Positions 48,842-58,886 of a stretch of 64,000 nucleotides of DNA are shown piece by piece. Location of the stretch: positions 1-64,000 of the forward strand of contig CBDESZ010000018.1 of assembly GCA_965242725.1 (NCBI GenBank). Reading direction: 5' to 3'. Source of the DNA: Alkalispirochaeta sp. Its GTDB lineage: Bacteria > Spirochaetota > Spirochaetia > DSM-27196 > Alkalispirochaetaceae. The position numbers and the translations under genes were made by a program. The notes under the pieces are model-generated. The model saw nothing but the letters and a program-made list of their open reading frames with translations. It did no database searches and had not been told where the DNA came from. How positions within the stretch are numbered: the first letter of the stretch is position 1; each line of letters opens with the position of its first letter.

Positions 48842-50393
48842 TGCTGCTCAACGTGAGCTCAAGATTGAGTAGACTTTGTATCATGGAGCCGAGAGGTTGC
48901 CAATGTTCGCCGACGATATCCAGAAGCTCGTGGGGGGGATAGTCACCCGCAAAGGTCCGCTTTTGAAAGTTCTGGATCTCATAGGCGACTTCCGCTCCCG
49001 ATATCGTCCGGGCAATGAGTGTGCCCGCCGTGGTCAGCGCATCGATACATTCATCCACTGCCATGCGTATTTTGGGTCTGTGACGCTCATATACGGTGGA
49101 CAGCTGGCGATGAAGGATGGATGACGGGCCCGACCGGTGCTGCAGGCGTTGGATTTCTTCACCCATGGTTCCCCGGTTTTCTCCGTCTCCGAGAAGCGTC
49201 GTCAGCCGTTCCAACGCCTGGTCGAGCTGGAGCGCCATTTGATGCAGCGTGTTCCGCGTATCGAGATGGTAAAAGGTTGCGTCTATGACAAGCTGGGTAA
49301 TCACCCTGCGGGTATCCTGAAAGATATCGCTCCCCGCCAGGAGGATGAGAATTCCCAGCGTCTTGGGCTGCAGACTGGACGGAATCCACACCGGCGGTTC
49401 ATGTTCCACAATAAATACCGAACGAATGAGAGAAAGCAGCCGTCCGTGACGATGCTCGAGGAGCTCGCCGTCGCACCGGTCGAGGGCGTTCCTCACCCAT
49501 GTCTCGGAGAATGGCGTCCACCAGTTGGTTTTCAGGATGAACTCGGGCACCTCGAGAAAGGGCTCTCCCTTTGCGTAGCGTATGATCGACAGAAGGGGAA
49601 TCTGGGTGCGCACAGTCTCGACGGCGGACCAGACGGCCCGGGGTGAGCGATGCTTTCCCCGCAGCCGCCCTCGCGCGAAGGCGAGGGCGAGCTCCACTGC
49701 CGACGGATTCGCATGACGATGACAGAGTTCCAGCGCCTGATGAAGGGTCACCAGTGATGTTGAGACGGCGCGCAGCGGCGTTTCCTGTCGTTTTGAACCC
49801 GTGACGGGGAACAGAAGCTTCAAGTCGACGCGGCAGAGCACATTGAGACTGCGCAGGGCGAGCCAGACGGGGTGCAATACCGACTCAATGCGCCGGCGGT
49901 TTTCCGCGAGGACCCCTTCCATACGCGCCTGGGCGGAATGACGTACCGCTTCAAGGGACAGGGAGAAATCCTTCAATTCCTCGCCGGTGAGGTGAATTTC
50001 GCTTTGCAGGCGATTGTGCATGATCGTATCGCGATCCGCCAGGACAACCCTGAGAAATGATCCCCGGGCCGCCCCTGTGGCTTCGTCCAGGGACGGGCGC
50101 ACCGCGTCGCGTTCTTCCAGCAGCTGACGAAGGGCCTGGTGAAAGCGGGGAAGCAACGCGGGAATGTTCGGGTCGATGATCTCTTTGGACTCTCGCGAGA
50201 GGGTGCGTTTGAGCTCATGGATATGGTGGCGCCTGGTTGTGTCTTCAACCGTCGAGGCCGAAAAAAGGGCCTGAAGGCGTATGTACCAGCGGTACCAGAA
50301 CGGAAATTTCCGATACGCATCACGGTACACCCCGGGCGGGGGCGGAACGGCGTCGGGAAAGGCTGTGGTATACCGGTCTGTGCGTCGGATCAT
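48813..50393 (-). CDS. Hypothetical helical protein (526 aa)
   Basis: Long ORF overlapping both neighbours in the same-strand operon; no recognised motif. Confidence 0.7.
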   Translation of the reverse strand: MIRRTDRYTTAFPDAVPPPPGVYRDAYRKFPFWYRWYIRLQALFSASTVEDTTRRHHIHELKRTLSRESKEIIDPNIPALLPRFHQALRQLLEERDAVRPSLDEATGAARGSFLRVVLADRDTIMHNRLQSEIHLTGEELKDFSLSLEAVRHSAQARMEGVLAENRRRIESVLHPVWLALRSLNVLCRVDLKLLFPVTGSKRQETPLRAVSTSLVTLHQALELCHRHANPSAVELALAFARGRLRGKHRSPRAVWSAVETVRTQIPLLSIIRYAKGEPFLEVPEFILKTNWWTPFSETWVRNALDRCDGELLEHRHGRLLSLIRSVFIVEHEPPVWIPSSLQPKTLGILILLAGSDIFQDTRRVITQLVIDATFYHLDTRNTLHQMALQLDQALERLTTLLGDGENRGTMGEEIQRLQHRSGPSSILHRQLSTVYERHRPKIRMAVDECIDALTTAGTLIARTISGAEVAYEIQNFQKRTFAGDYPPHELLDIVGEHWQPLGSMIQSLLNLELTLSSNGGRRRDRP

Positions 50394-50887
50394 CAGATCT
50401 CTTGGTGCTCAAAGGTCCGTGATGTGGTATCAAAAAGTCCCCATGAGGGTTCTCCGAATCGACCCATCACCTCTCCGGGATTTGCCCAGAGGCAGGCGCC
50501 GTGCGTTTGTATGTACTTTTTGTGGTCGTGACCGCTGAAGACGGCGTCATAGAGACCGGACCGGGCGAGCCCCCTGGATATGTCGGGGTAATGATTGAGG
50601 GCGATTTTCAGACCGTCCACATCCAGCTCGGCCAGGTGGCCGTGGAGAGTGACGTGGTCGTACTTGCCGGCAATGTATGAGAGTAAAAAGGGATCGCCGT
50701 CGTTGTTGCCGAACACCGCGTCGACGGGACCGCGAAAGGTATCTCCGATCTGGGCCAGCGTAAAGGGCGCACAGAAGTCGCCAAGGAAGAAGAGCCGTTC
50801 CGCCTTGTGCGTGTCAACGACGGATTGCAACGCCCGCTCCAGATTCCATATGTTGTCGTGAATATCACTCAGTACCGCTATCTTCAT
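50393..50887 (-). CDS. YfcE-family metallophosphoesterase
   Basis: SDIHDN, GDF, GNND, GHDH and NPGE motifs; SD AAGGAG. Confidence 0.92.
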   Translation of the reverse strand: MKIAVLSDIHDNIWNLERALQSVVDTHKAERLFFLGDFCAPFTLAQIGDTFRGPVDAVFGNNDGDPFLLSYIAGKYDHVTLHGHLAELDVDGLKIALNHYPDISRGLARSGLYDAVFSGHDHKKYIQTHGACLWANPGEVMGRFGEPSWGLFDTTSRTFEHQEI

Positions 50888-50912
50888 ACCTGCTCCTTGT
50901 GTAAAATCGGCT

Positions 50913-52233
50913 GTGGCACAGCAGATTCTTGAAATTCGAGTCTCCCATAAAGGCATCAAGCCCGTTCGCAACGGTCATCCCTGGATATTCAAAAACGCTC
51001 TCGCAGGTTCTCCGCGAGCCGCCCGGGTATCTCCGTCTCTGGAACGGAGCTTTTTTGGGCCTAATGGTCTCTCCTGGAATCTTACCACTCCGGCGCTGAT
51101 TTGTGACCAGGCGGGGGAACAATTGGGCTGGGGCACCTACAATCCCCACTCCCGTCTGGCGGGACGGATTCTGTCACGGGACCCGTCAAAGCCGTATCTG
51201 GCCGACGATCTTGGTGCTGCCGTTCGGGCGGGCGGTGGATGAACGACACCATTTGTTCCGCAATCCCGCCCACACCGCGTTTCGGCTCATCTACGGGGAA
51301 GCCGACGGCATACCCGGTGTTGTTGCCGATCTTTTCGATGATGTGGTCAGCCTTCAGTACTCCGCCGCATTTGCGTGGGATAACGCCGGAATGATCGAAA
51401 CGGCCCTCATCGATGCGGTGGGGAGCCGCGGAATCACGGCGCGTCCGGTTCGTTCCGTCGATGATGTCATGTTTCAGCGGGAAGGAATCCGGAAGGTCGA
51501 CGAGAACGGCGCCGAAGAACACTTCGGGGACGGCGAGGCAGCGGAAGGGCGCACCGTTCTGGAACACGGTCTCCCGTGGTTCGTCTTTCCAGGGGGCGGA
51601 CAGAAAACGGGGTTCTATTGCGACCAGCGGGAAAACCGGCCGCGTCTCTATCCGTATGCCCGCAACGCCCGCGTACTCGATGCCTTCTGTTATCACGGCG
51701 GTTTCGGTCTCCACACCCTGCACGGCGGAGCGAGGTCGGTCTGTTTTGCCGACCGGTCAACGGACGCGATGAATATCGTCCGACAAAATGCCGCCCTTCA
51801 GAAGATCGACGCTGAGCGGTTTGAGTGCGTGGACGGCGACCTCTTTGAGCGTTTCCGGCGGAATGATGTTCCCGGCGGGCTTGAGTCCTACGATCTGATC
51901 GTCCTTGATCCGCCGAAACTCGTTCCGGCCCGGAAGAACCTCACCGAGGGGTTGCGCGCGTACAAGGACCTCCATCTCTCGGTGTTCCGCCACGCCAAAC
52001 GGGGAGCGCGGGTCATGACCTTTTCCTGTTCAGGTGCGGTCGGACTGGATGACTTCCGGCGCACAATCGCATGGGCGGCGTCGGACTGCGGGCGCGCCGT
52101 CGTCGTGGAAGATGTCCTGACCCAGGGAGCGGACCATCCCGTTCCGCTCGCTTTTCCGGAAGCGGAGTACCTGAAGGGGTTGCTCCTCTATATCCGAAAC
52201 GATCGTCAATATGGTACCATCCGGCGGCAATGA
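50913..52233 (+). CDS. rlmI: RlmI-type 23S rRNA m5C methyltransferase, with an apparent +1 frameshift near 51226-51228
   Basis: GHPWIF (PUA domain) in one frame; GEADGIPG, QKTGFYCDQRENR, VLDAFCYHGGF, LDPPK, FSCSG, DHP and EYLK in the next. Confidence 0.85.
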
Positions 52234-53885
52234 AGGTTTCGAAAATCACCGCCGCCGTGACGGCGTCTTTCATATTGGCTCTCTTCGCCCCATTCGGTGA
52301 ACATCTGCTCTCCGCAACGGAGATACAGTCCGTGCGAGTGGAACCGACGGCACTGCTCCTTGAGGATGACTCGGCAGGGAGAATGGTGGAGCGGGAATCC
52401 CTCCGTGAGGCGACGGGACCAAATACCTATCTTACCAGCGCCGCCGTCGACGGTCGTTCCGGTGCGGGGACTCCCCGGAGAATAATCGTTTCAACGACCT
52501 TTCACGGTCTCTATGAGTCTACCGATGGAGGGGTGACGTGGATCGATCTCGGGGACCGGGGGGAAATAGAGGTCCTTCATCTGGGAAACGGCTTTTACGA
52601 GGACATTTCGGCCGTGGCGTATGACAGCGCCGATGAACACATTCTCTGGATAGAATTTGCCCAGGATGGTCGGGTTGTAGCCCTTGACCGCCGGACGGGG
52701 CGTATCATTGAGCAGGCCGGCGGAACCGGCAGCCGCGCGTTTTCCCGTACCGTCCGTGTTGCACCGCCGGACCATCCCCCTCTGGACGAAGCGGCCCGTC
52801 AGCGGCGAAAAAAGGCAGAGAATCACGTTTCCTTTTACCTCTCTCCGTGGCAGCTCAATGAAGAACGGCTGGCGGAGCACATGCGCTTTGCCGGCGACCA
52901 CGGGTTTACGGCGGTGGTCATCGATTTCAAGGACGACGGCGGACGTCTTGTCTACGATTCCCGGTTATCCCCGCACGACGAAGTCGGAGCGGTGACCGGC
53001 CGTGTATCCGCCCGGCGAATTATCGATACCGTCCACGATGCGGGGCTCTACCTCATTGCCCGGGTCGTCGTTTTCAAGGACGAGCGGCTCTATCGCTATG
53101 ACGACAATCGGTATGCCCTGTGGGACCGGCGCCGAAACGCACCGTGGGGCGTCTTTCGGGAAGAGATCAATGAGGAAACGGAAGAAAGCGAATGGGTTCA
53201 GTCGGAGTTCTGGGTCGATCCCTTTTCGGAATTTGTATGGAATTACAACATTGCCGTTGCCCGGGAACTTGAGCAACTGGGAGTCGACGAAATCCAGTTT
53301 GACTATATCCGAACTCCCGCGGAAGGGCGGGTGGGAGATATAGAATATCGCTACCATGACGGCAGTCCCCTTGAGGACGACGATCCATTCCTTGACGAGC
53401 GGGTCAAAGCACTTTCCACGTTCCTTTCGCGGGCACGCCGGGAGCTGACCATCCCGATCGGAATCGACGTATTCGGTTTCAACGGCTGGTACCGCATGAG
53501 CTATCTGGGGCAGGATATTGCCGTTCTTTCCGGTCACGTTGATGTCATATCACCGATGCTCTATCCGTCCCACTTCCCGCGGTCCTTCCGGGGTGATCTT
53601 CCCTATCTTGAGTGGGCGGAATGGATCTACCGGGAGGGTACCGCCCGGGGCGTGCGCATCACCGATGAACACGTGTTGATTCGACCGTATATTCAGGCCT
53701 TTCTCATCGGTGGAGAACTTCAGTTCGAACTTCCCACGTATACGGACTATCTGAAACGTCAGATACGGGGTTCAATCGAGGGTGGCGGGAGTGGTATCAC
53801 CCTTTGGAATAACTCGGGACGCTATTATATGGTTGAACGGGGGCTCTGGTATGACCGGGGGCCTGTGATCGGCGACGGCGAATAG
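52230..53885 (+). CDS. Secreted putative glycoside hydrolase (DUF4015-like TIM barrel) with an N-terminal Asp-box
   Basis: Signal peptide; STDGGVTW; VIDFKDD.G, IARVVVFKD, WVDPF, DEIQFDYIR, SPMLYPSH, RPYIQAF. Confidence 0.8.
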   Translation: MKVSKITAAVTASFILALFAPFGEHLLSATEIQSVRVEPTALLLEDDSAGRMVERESLREATGPNTYLTSAAVDGRSGAGTPRRIIVSTTFHGLYESTDGGVTWIDLGDRGEIEVLHLGNGFYEDISAVAYDSADEHILWIEFAQDGRVVALDRRTGRIIEQAGGTGSRAFSRTVRVAPPDHPPLDEAARQRRKKAENHVSFYLSPWQLNEERLAEHMRFAGDHGFTAVVIDFKDDGGRLVYDSRLSPHDEVGAVTGRVSARRIIDTVHDAGLYLIARVVVFKDERLYRYDDNRYALWDRRRNAPWGVFREEINEETEESEWVQSEFWVDPFSEFVWNYNIAVARELEQLGVDEIQFDYIRTPAEGRVGDIEYRYHDGSPLEDDDPFLDERVKALSTFLSRARRELTIPIGIDVFGFNGWYRMSYLGQDIAVLSGHVDVISPMLYPSHFPRSFRGDLPYLEWAEWIYREGTARGVRITDEHVLIRPYIQAFLIGGELQFELPTYTDYLKRQIRGSIEGGGSGITLWNNSGRYYMVERGLWYDRGPVIGDGE

Positions 53886-53897
53886 ACAATTGCGCCA

Positions 53898-55265
53898 ATG
53901 ACAAAAGAGTCTCCCTCATTGACATTACCGGTTCTCTTTCTGTTCTGGGTCCCTCTCGCGCTTATGTGGATCATCATGGGCGTGGAGCAGCCCGCTCTGA
54001 ACGGCGTCATGGCGCGCCTGCCCGCACCGACTCTGTCGCTTGCGTCATTTGAGATTGCCTTCGGAATCGCTCTGATCATTGAAAGTCCGATCATTCAAAT
54101 GCTTTCCACCGGCACCGCTGTCGTGAGAGGCCCCAGAAGCTACCGTCAGATGATTCGCTTTATGCATCTTCTGGCGATTATCCTGACCGTCGTTCACTTT
54201 GTAATATCCCGCCCCGTGGTTTTTACATTCGTTGCCGGACGAATACTTGGTGTTCCGGAAAACGTGATAGCCCCGGCGCGACACGTATTTACCATACTCC
54301 TTCCCTTTGCAGCGCTTGTTGGATATCGAAGATTGTGGCAGGGGAGCCTCATCCAACTTGGAGAAACGGGTGCCGTCGCGCGAACGATGATAGCCCGGCT
54401 GGTAATGACCCTTCTGGGTCTTGCGGGAGGAATGGCTCTCGTCAGGGGCGGCTTCATTGATACGCCCGGATACGTCGTGGGCGCGTGGTCGCTGATGGGA
54501 GGGATTCTCGGAGGAGCGGCGGCGTCGCTCTGGCTGTATCGGAAGAAAAGGGGCTTTTCCCGGCGTATCTACAAGCGTGTTGCCGGTGACGCTCCACCAA
54601 ACGGTGACGGCGCCGATGTGGTGCGTTCTCCGGGAGATCTCCTGAAATTCTACATACCTCTCTCGCTGACTTCGGTCATGGAGCTGGCGTCCCGTCCGAT
54701 CCTCGCCTACGGGATAGCCCGTTCCGTCAGGGCCGTTGACTCTCTGGCAACGTGGCCGGTTATACACAGTCTCGTCTTCCTGTTTACATCCATTGCGTTG
54801 TCATTTCAGGAGGCGGTAGTCGCCCAGGCGGGAAAGGATCCCGCCAACATCCCCGTGTTGCGTCGGTTTGGATTTCTCATTATGGCAACCCTTACGGGTA
54901 TTCTCTTTCTCCTGAGGGTGACCGGCGGTTCCCGGATCTGGTTTCAGACGGTTGCAAGCATCCCGCCGGAACTGATCGCCCTGGCGCAACCGGCGCTGTT
55001 TATCCTTCTTGCAATTCCCATTGCGGTGACGGGACGCTCGCTGCTGAGTGGTATGCTTGTCGCACGGGAAAAGACCGGTTTTCTGACCATCGCGGTGCTT
55101 GCCAATACGGCGACGCTCCTGACCCTTGTTCACGTCCTCCCGCGGTTTACCGATCTCATCGGGACGGTGGTAGCCGCAATCGCTTTTTCAACGGCCAACG
55201 TCGTGCAGGTTTCCGTCCTGTGGGCGGGCAATGCAGTCAGCAAACGTCGCGGCAACGGACGCTAA
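53898..55265 (+). CDS. MATE/MOP-superfamily (ANKH-like) membrane transporter
   Basis: About 12 TM in two repeats (FWVPLAL..PALNGVMAR / FYIPLSL..PILAYGIAR). Confidence 0.7.
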   Translation: MTKESPSLTLPVLFLFWVPLALMWIIMGVEQPALNGVMARLPAPTLSLASFEIAFGIALIIESPIIQMLSTGTAVVRGPRSYRQMIRFMHLLAIILTVVHFVISRPVVFTFVAGRILGVPENVIAPARHVFTILLPFAALVGYRRLWQGSLIQLGETGAVARTMIARLVMTLLGLAGGMALVRGGFIDTPGYVVGAWSLMGGILGGAAASLWLYRKKRGFSRRIYKRVAGDAPPNGDGADVVRSPGDLLKFYIPLSLTSVMELASRPILAYGIARSVRAVDSLATWPVIHSLVFLFTSIALSFQEAVVAQAGKDPANIPVLRRFGFLIMATLTGILFLLRVTGGSRIWFQTVASIPPELIALAQPALFILLAIPIAVTGRSLLSGMLVAREKTGFLTIAVLANTATLLTLVHVLPRFTDLIGTVVAAIAFSTANVVQVSVLWAGNAVSKRRGNGR

Positions 55266-55308
55266 CATTTGAGGCGTGCGCGGCGCGGCGTGGTGCGACC
55301 TCGGGATA

Positions 55309-55890
55309 TCACGCCAGCAGCCGTTTTTTGAAACGGACCACCATGTGCACCACCGACGGTCCGTCGGCGATATTCTCGATATCGTGGTCAACGTCACACT
55401 GATAGCGAATAAAATCACCTTCTCCCAGTTCCGCGTCCCTGTCACCCGCCCGAACGCGGACGTTCCCTGAAATGACCGTGAGGAACTCCTCGGTCTGGGG
55501 GAAATGGGGTGCCGACCGAAGGGCTCCACCGCTGCTGAAGGTGAGGAGGTACATTTCCAGGTCCTCCACCATCTGCATGGGGGTGAGCACCTTAATGTGC
55601 AGTCCCTCTTCATCGGTGTCGAGAACGGTGATATTGTCCTTCCGGACGAGATGAAACTTCCTCACCGGCGCGTCGCTTCCCGCAAGGAGGGCGTTGATCT
55701 CGACTCCAAGGCCCTGGGCGATCTTCCAAACCGTCGCCACCGTCGGATTGACCTTCTGCGATTCTATCTGTGAAAGCATTGCCTTGGAGACGCCGCTTCT
55801 CTCTGCCAGAACATCGAGGGTAAGAGTCGCGTTCTTTCTGATTTCCTTCATGTTCCGTCCCACCGGCGGCGGGGTGTGTTCACGATCCAT
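55309..55890 (-). CDS. XRE-HTH/cupin transcriptional regulator
   Basis: LAERSGVSKAMLSQIE..NPTVATVWKIA; cupin H....EE.LTV, GDFIRY..DVDH; divergent from tdh-kbl. Confidence 0.92.
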   Translation of the reverse strand: MDREHTPPPVGRNMKEIRKNATLTLDVLAERSGVSKAMLSQIESQKVNPTVATVWKIAQGLGVEINALLAGSDAPVRKFHLVRKDNITVLDTDEEGLHIKVLTPMQMVEDLEMYLLTFSSGGALRSAPHFPQTEEFLTVISGNVRVRAGDRDAELGEGDFIRYQCDVDHDIENIADGPSVVHMVVRFKKRLLA

Positions 55891-55961
55891 AGTGTTTTCC
55901 TTCATGTTACAGTATACCAAATAAAAAGTTTATTATAATGTACACCGGGAAGGACGGATAG

Positions 55962-56951
55962 ATGAAACGAGTACTGATTACCGGAGCCCTCGGGCAGCTT
56001 GGCAGCGAAATAGCGGCCTATCTCCGTACCCACGACGGTGTTCAGGAAGTAGTATGTACCGATATACGTGATTTCGCGAAGGGTAGCGAAGCTGAAGGAG
56101 GACCGTTTTATCGTCACGACGTACGGGACGGTGAAGAGCTTGCGGCTATCGTGAAACGTCACCGCATCGATACGATCTATCATCTTGCCGCACTGCTTTC
56201 GGCTACGGCGGAACGGAAACCGCTTGAGGCGTGGGATCTGAACATGAATGGTACCGTAACCGTTCTTGAAGTCGCCCGTGCGGAGGGATGCGCCGTATTC
56301 ACCCCCAGTTCCATCGGTTCCTTCGGTCCCACCACACCGCGGGACTGGACGCCACAGGACACCCTGCAACGACCAACTTCTATGTACGGTGTCACCAAGG
56401 TGGCCGGCGAGCTGCTCTGTGACTATTACTTCCACAAGTACGGGCTGGACACCCGGGGTCTGCGTTATCCCGGGCTCATATCCAATAAGACGCTCCCCGG
56501 CGGAGGAACGACGGACTATGCCGTCGACATCTATTACGCCGCCGTTCTCCACGGCCGCTACCGCTGTCCCCTGAAGGGGAATACCTATCTCGATATGATG
56601 TACATGCCCGACGCCGTACGGGCGGCGGTGGAGGTGATGGAAGCCGATCCGGAGAGACTTCGCCATCGGAATGCATTCAACGTGACGGCGATGAGTTTCT
56701 GTCCTGAAGAGATGGCGGCGTGGATCCGTCGCTTCATTCCGATTTTTGAATTAGAGTTTGACATAGATCCCATACGGCAGGGAATTGCCGATTCATGGCC
56801 GAACCGGATGGAAGACTACGCCGCACGAGTCGAGTGGGGATGGTCTCCGCAGTACGATCTGGAACGGACAACACGGGACATGCTGTCGGTGTTATCGGCG
56901 CGACTGGAGGATGCACAATATGTATGGAGCGATTCGTCAACATCTGACTGA
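55962..56951 (+). CDS. L-threonine 3-dehydrogenase (SDR/epimerase type)
   Basis: TGALGQLG, HLAALLSA, PSSI, YGVTK, PGGGTTDYAV, MMYMPD; adjacent to kbl. Confidence 0.9.
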   Translation: MKRVLITGALGQLGSEIAAYLRTHDGVQEVVCTDIRDFAKGSEAEGGPFYRHDVRDGEELAAIVKRHRIDTIYHLAALLSATAERKPLEAWDLNMNGTVTVLEVARAEGCAVFTPSSIGSFGPTTPRDWTPQDTLQRPTSMYGVTKVAGELLCDYYFHKYGLDTRGLRYPGLISNKTLPGGGTTDYAVDIYYAAVLHGRYRCPLKGNTYLDMMYMPDAVRAAVEVMEADPERLRHRNAFNVTAMSFCPEEMAAWIRRFIPIFELEFDIDPIRQGIADSWPNRMEDYAARVEWGWSPQYDLERTTRDMLSVLSARLEDAQYVWSDSSTSD

Positions 56952-58149
56952 ACAGCTGGAAGAGCTGAAACGACAGGGGCTCTACAAAGAGGAGCGCATT
57001 ATCACATCGCCCCAGGGTGCGGAGATCACCGTCGCCCCCGAGGAAGGGACGGCCGGAAAGGCGACCCGCGGATTGCGGCGGGTCATCAACTTCTGTGCAA
57101 ACAACTATCTCGGACTCGCCGGTGACCCGCAGATGACCGCCGCCGCAGCCGCAGCGATGGAGGAGCGCGGCTTTGGATACGCCTCGGTACGCTTCATTTG
57201 CGGAACCGCCGACATACACCGCCGCCTGGAACGTGGGCTGGCCGATTTTCTCGGCACCGACGACACGATTCTCTACGCCGCAGCCTTTGACGCGAACGGG
57301 GGCGTCTTTGAACCACTCCTCGGTCAAGAAGACGCAATCATTTCGGACGAGTTGAACCATGCCTCGATCATCGACGGTGTTCGACTGTGCAAGGCACATC
57401 GCTACCGGTATCGCCACGCCGACGGTGAAGATCTCCGGAGACAGCTGGAAACGGCACGGAATGAGGGGGCCCGCCATTGCATGATAGCGACGGACGGCGT
57501 CTTTTCAATGGACGGCGATATTGCACCTCTCCCGGAGATCGTGCGCGCGGCGGAGGATTTTGAAGCACTGGTGATGGTTGACGACTGTCATGCAACAGGG
57601 TATCTCGGTCCAACAGGCGCCGGTACCGCCGACTACTGGGGTCTCCGTGATGCGGTGGACATTGTCACCGGCACACTCGGGAAGGCACTGGGCGGCGCAT
57701 CCGGAGGCTTTGTCAGCGGCCGCAGGGAAATCATTGAGATGCTCCGGCAACGATCCAGACCGTATCTCTTCTCCAATACCCTTGCACCGGGAATAGCCGG
57801 TGCCGCCCTGCGGGGACTTGAGATCGTACGGACCGAGGATGAGCGGCGAAGACGGCCTCTGCTGCTGGCCGACCGGCTGCGGAAGGAGCTGCGGGGGCTC
57901 GGATTCGACCTGCTTCCGTCGGAGACGGCGATTATCGCCGTCATGATTTACGACGAGCCGACCGCCCTGGAGATGGCCTCGCGACTCCTTGAGAAGGGAA
58001 TATATGTCATCGGATTTGCCTTTCCCGTTGTACCCAGGGGGAAGGCACGTATTCGCCTGCAGCTTTCGGCGGCTCACCTCGACGACCATATTGATACGGC
58101 AGTGGAGGCGTTTCGTTCGGTCGGCAGGGAGATGGGGATTATTGGGTAA
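56920..58149 (+). CDS. kbl: Glycine C-acetyltransferase (2-amino-3-ketobutyrate CoA ligase)
   Basis: NFCANNYLGL, SVRFICGT, DELNHASIIDG, FSMDG, DDCHA, TLGKALGG, RSRPYLFSN. Confidence 0.96.
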   Translation: MYGAIRQHLTEQLEELKRQGLYKEERIITSPQGAEITVAPEEGTAGKATRGLRRVINFCANNYLGLAGDPQMTAAAAAAMEERGFGYASVRFICGTADIHRRLERGLADFLGTDDTILYAAAFDANGGVFEPLLGQEDAIISDELNHASIIDGVRLCKAHRYRYRHADGEDLRRQLETARNEGARHCMIATDGVFSMDGDIAPLPEIVRAAEDFEALVMVDDCHATGYLGPTGAGTADYWGLRDAVDIVTGTLGKALGGASGGFVSGRREIIEMLRQRSRPYLFSNTLAPGIAGAALRGLEIVRTEDERRRRPLLLADRLRKELRGLGFDLLPSETAIIAVMIYDEPTALEMASRLLEKGIYVIGFAFPVVPRGKARIRLQLSAAHLDDHIDTAVEAFRSVGREMGIIG

Positions 58150-58864
58150 CCGAAGATACGATCCCTATCGGCTCCTGTCGGAGGTATATGACGAAGGGTG
58201 GAGTTCGTACAGTGAGTATATATACCAGCTCATTCGCACGCTCGAGGAAGAGAGCGGGCGGGTATTCCAGAGAATCTGTGACGCCGCCTGCGGGACGGGG
58301 TTGCTCCTCCACTCCCTCTCATGCGATCCGTGGGAGCGGAGTCTCCGGGGATTCGATATCTCAAAGGGGATGCTGGACCGCGCCGTCCGGCGTCTGCCGT
58401 CGGCATACCTCGTTGAGGGAGACCTGCGAAGGGGTATACCCCTCGACGGCCCCTTTGATCTCATTACCTGTGTCTACGATTCGCTCAATTACCTGCTCCA
58501 CGGGCAGGAGATACTCCGGTTCTTTTCCGATGCCCTCGGGAAAACCGGCAGTGACGCGGTCCTGTTATTGGACGTGAATACAAGAGTATTGTACAACCGC
58601 AGAAACGGCGAAACGGCGCCGAGACTGATTGACGGCATTCCCTTCCGACAGCGACTCACCTACGACCCGGGCCCGCCGGAGCGGGGGTTTACGGAGTTCA
58701 CCTTTCCGGCGGGAGTGGAAACCCACGTTCAGCGACCATGGGAGACTGACGATATCGAGGACATGCTGGAACGGGCGGGCTGGACGGTCGCGGACACGCT
58801 GGACGTCATCGATGAGTCGGACAACCTTCCCAGCGGAAAGGTCGTCATCATCGCCGTTTCCTGA
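58142..58864 (+). CDS. Class I SAM-dependent methyltransferase
   Basis: DAACGTG, GFDISKGML, FDLITC.YDSLNY; start uncertain (TTG). Confidence 0.85.
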   Translation: MGNRRYDPYRLLSEVYDEGWSSYSEYIYQLIRTLEEESGRVFQRICDAACGTGLLLHSLSCDPWERSLRGFDISKGMLDRAVRRLPSAYLVEGDLRRGIPLDGPFDLITCVYDSLNYLLHGQEILRFFSDALGKTGSDAVLLLDVNTRVLYNRRNGETAPRLIDGIPFRQRLTYDPGPPERGFTEFTFPAGVETHVQRPWETDDIEDMLERAGWTVADTLDVIDESDNLPSGKVVIIAVS

Positions 58865-58886
58865 GGCAATCTGTTATATTTCCCCC

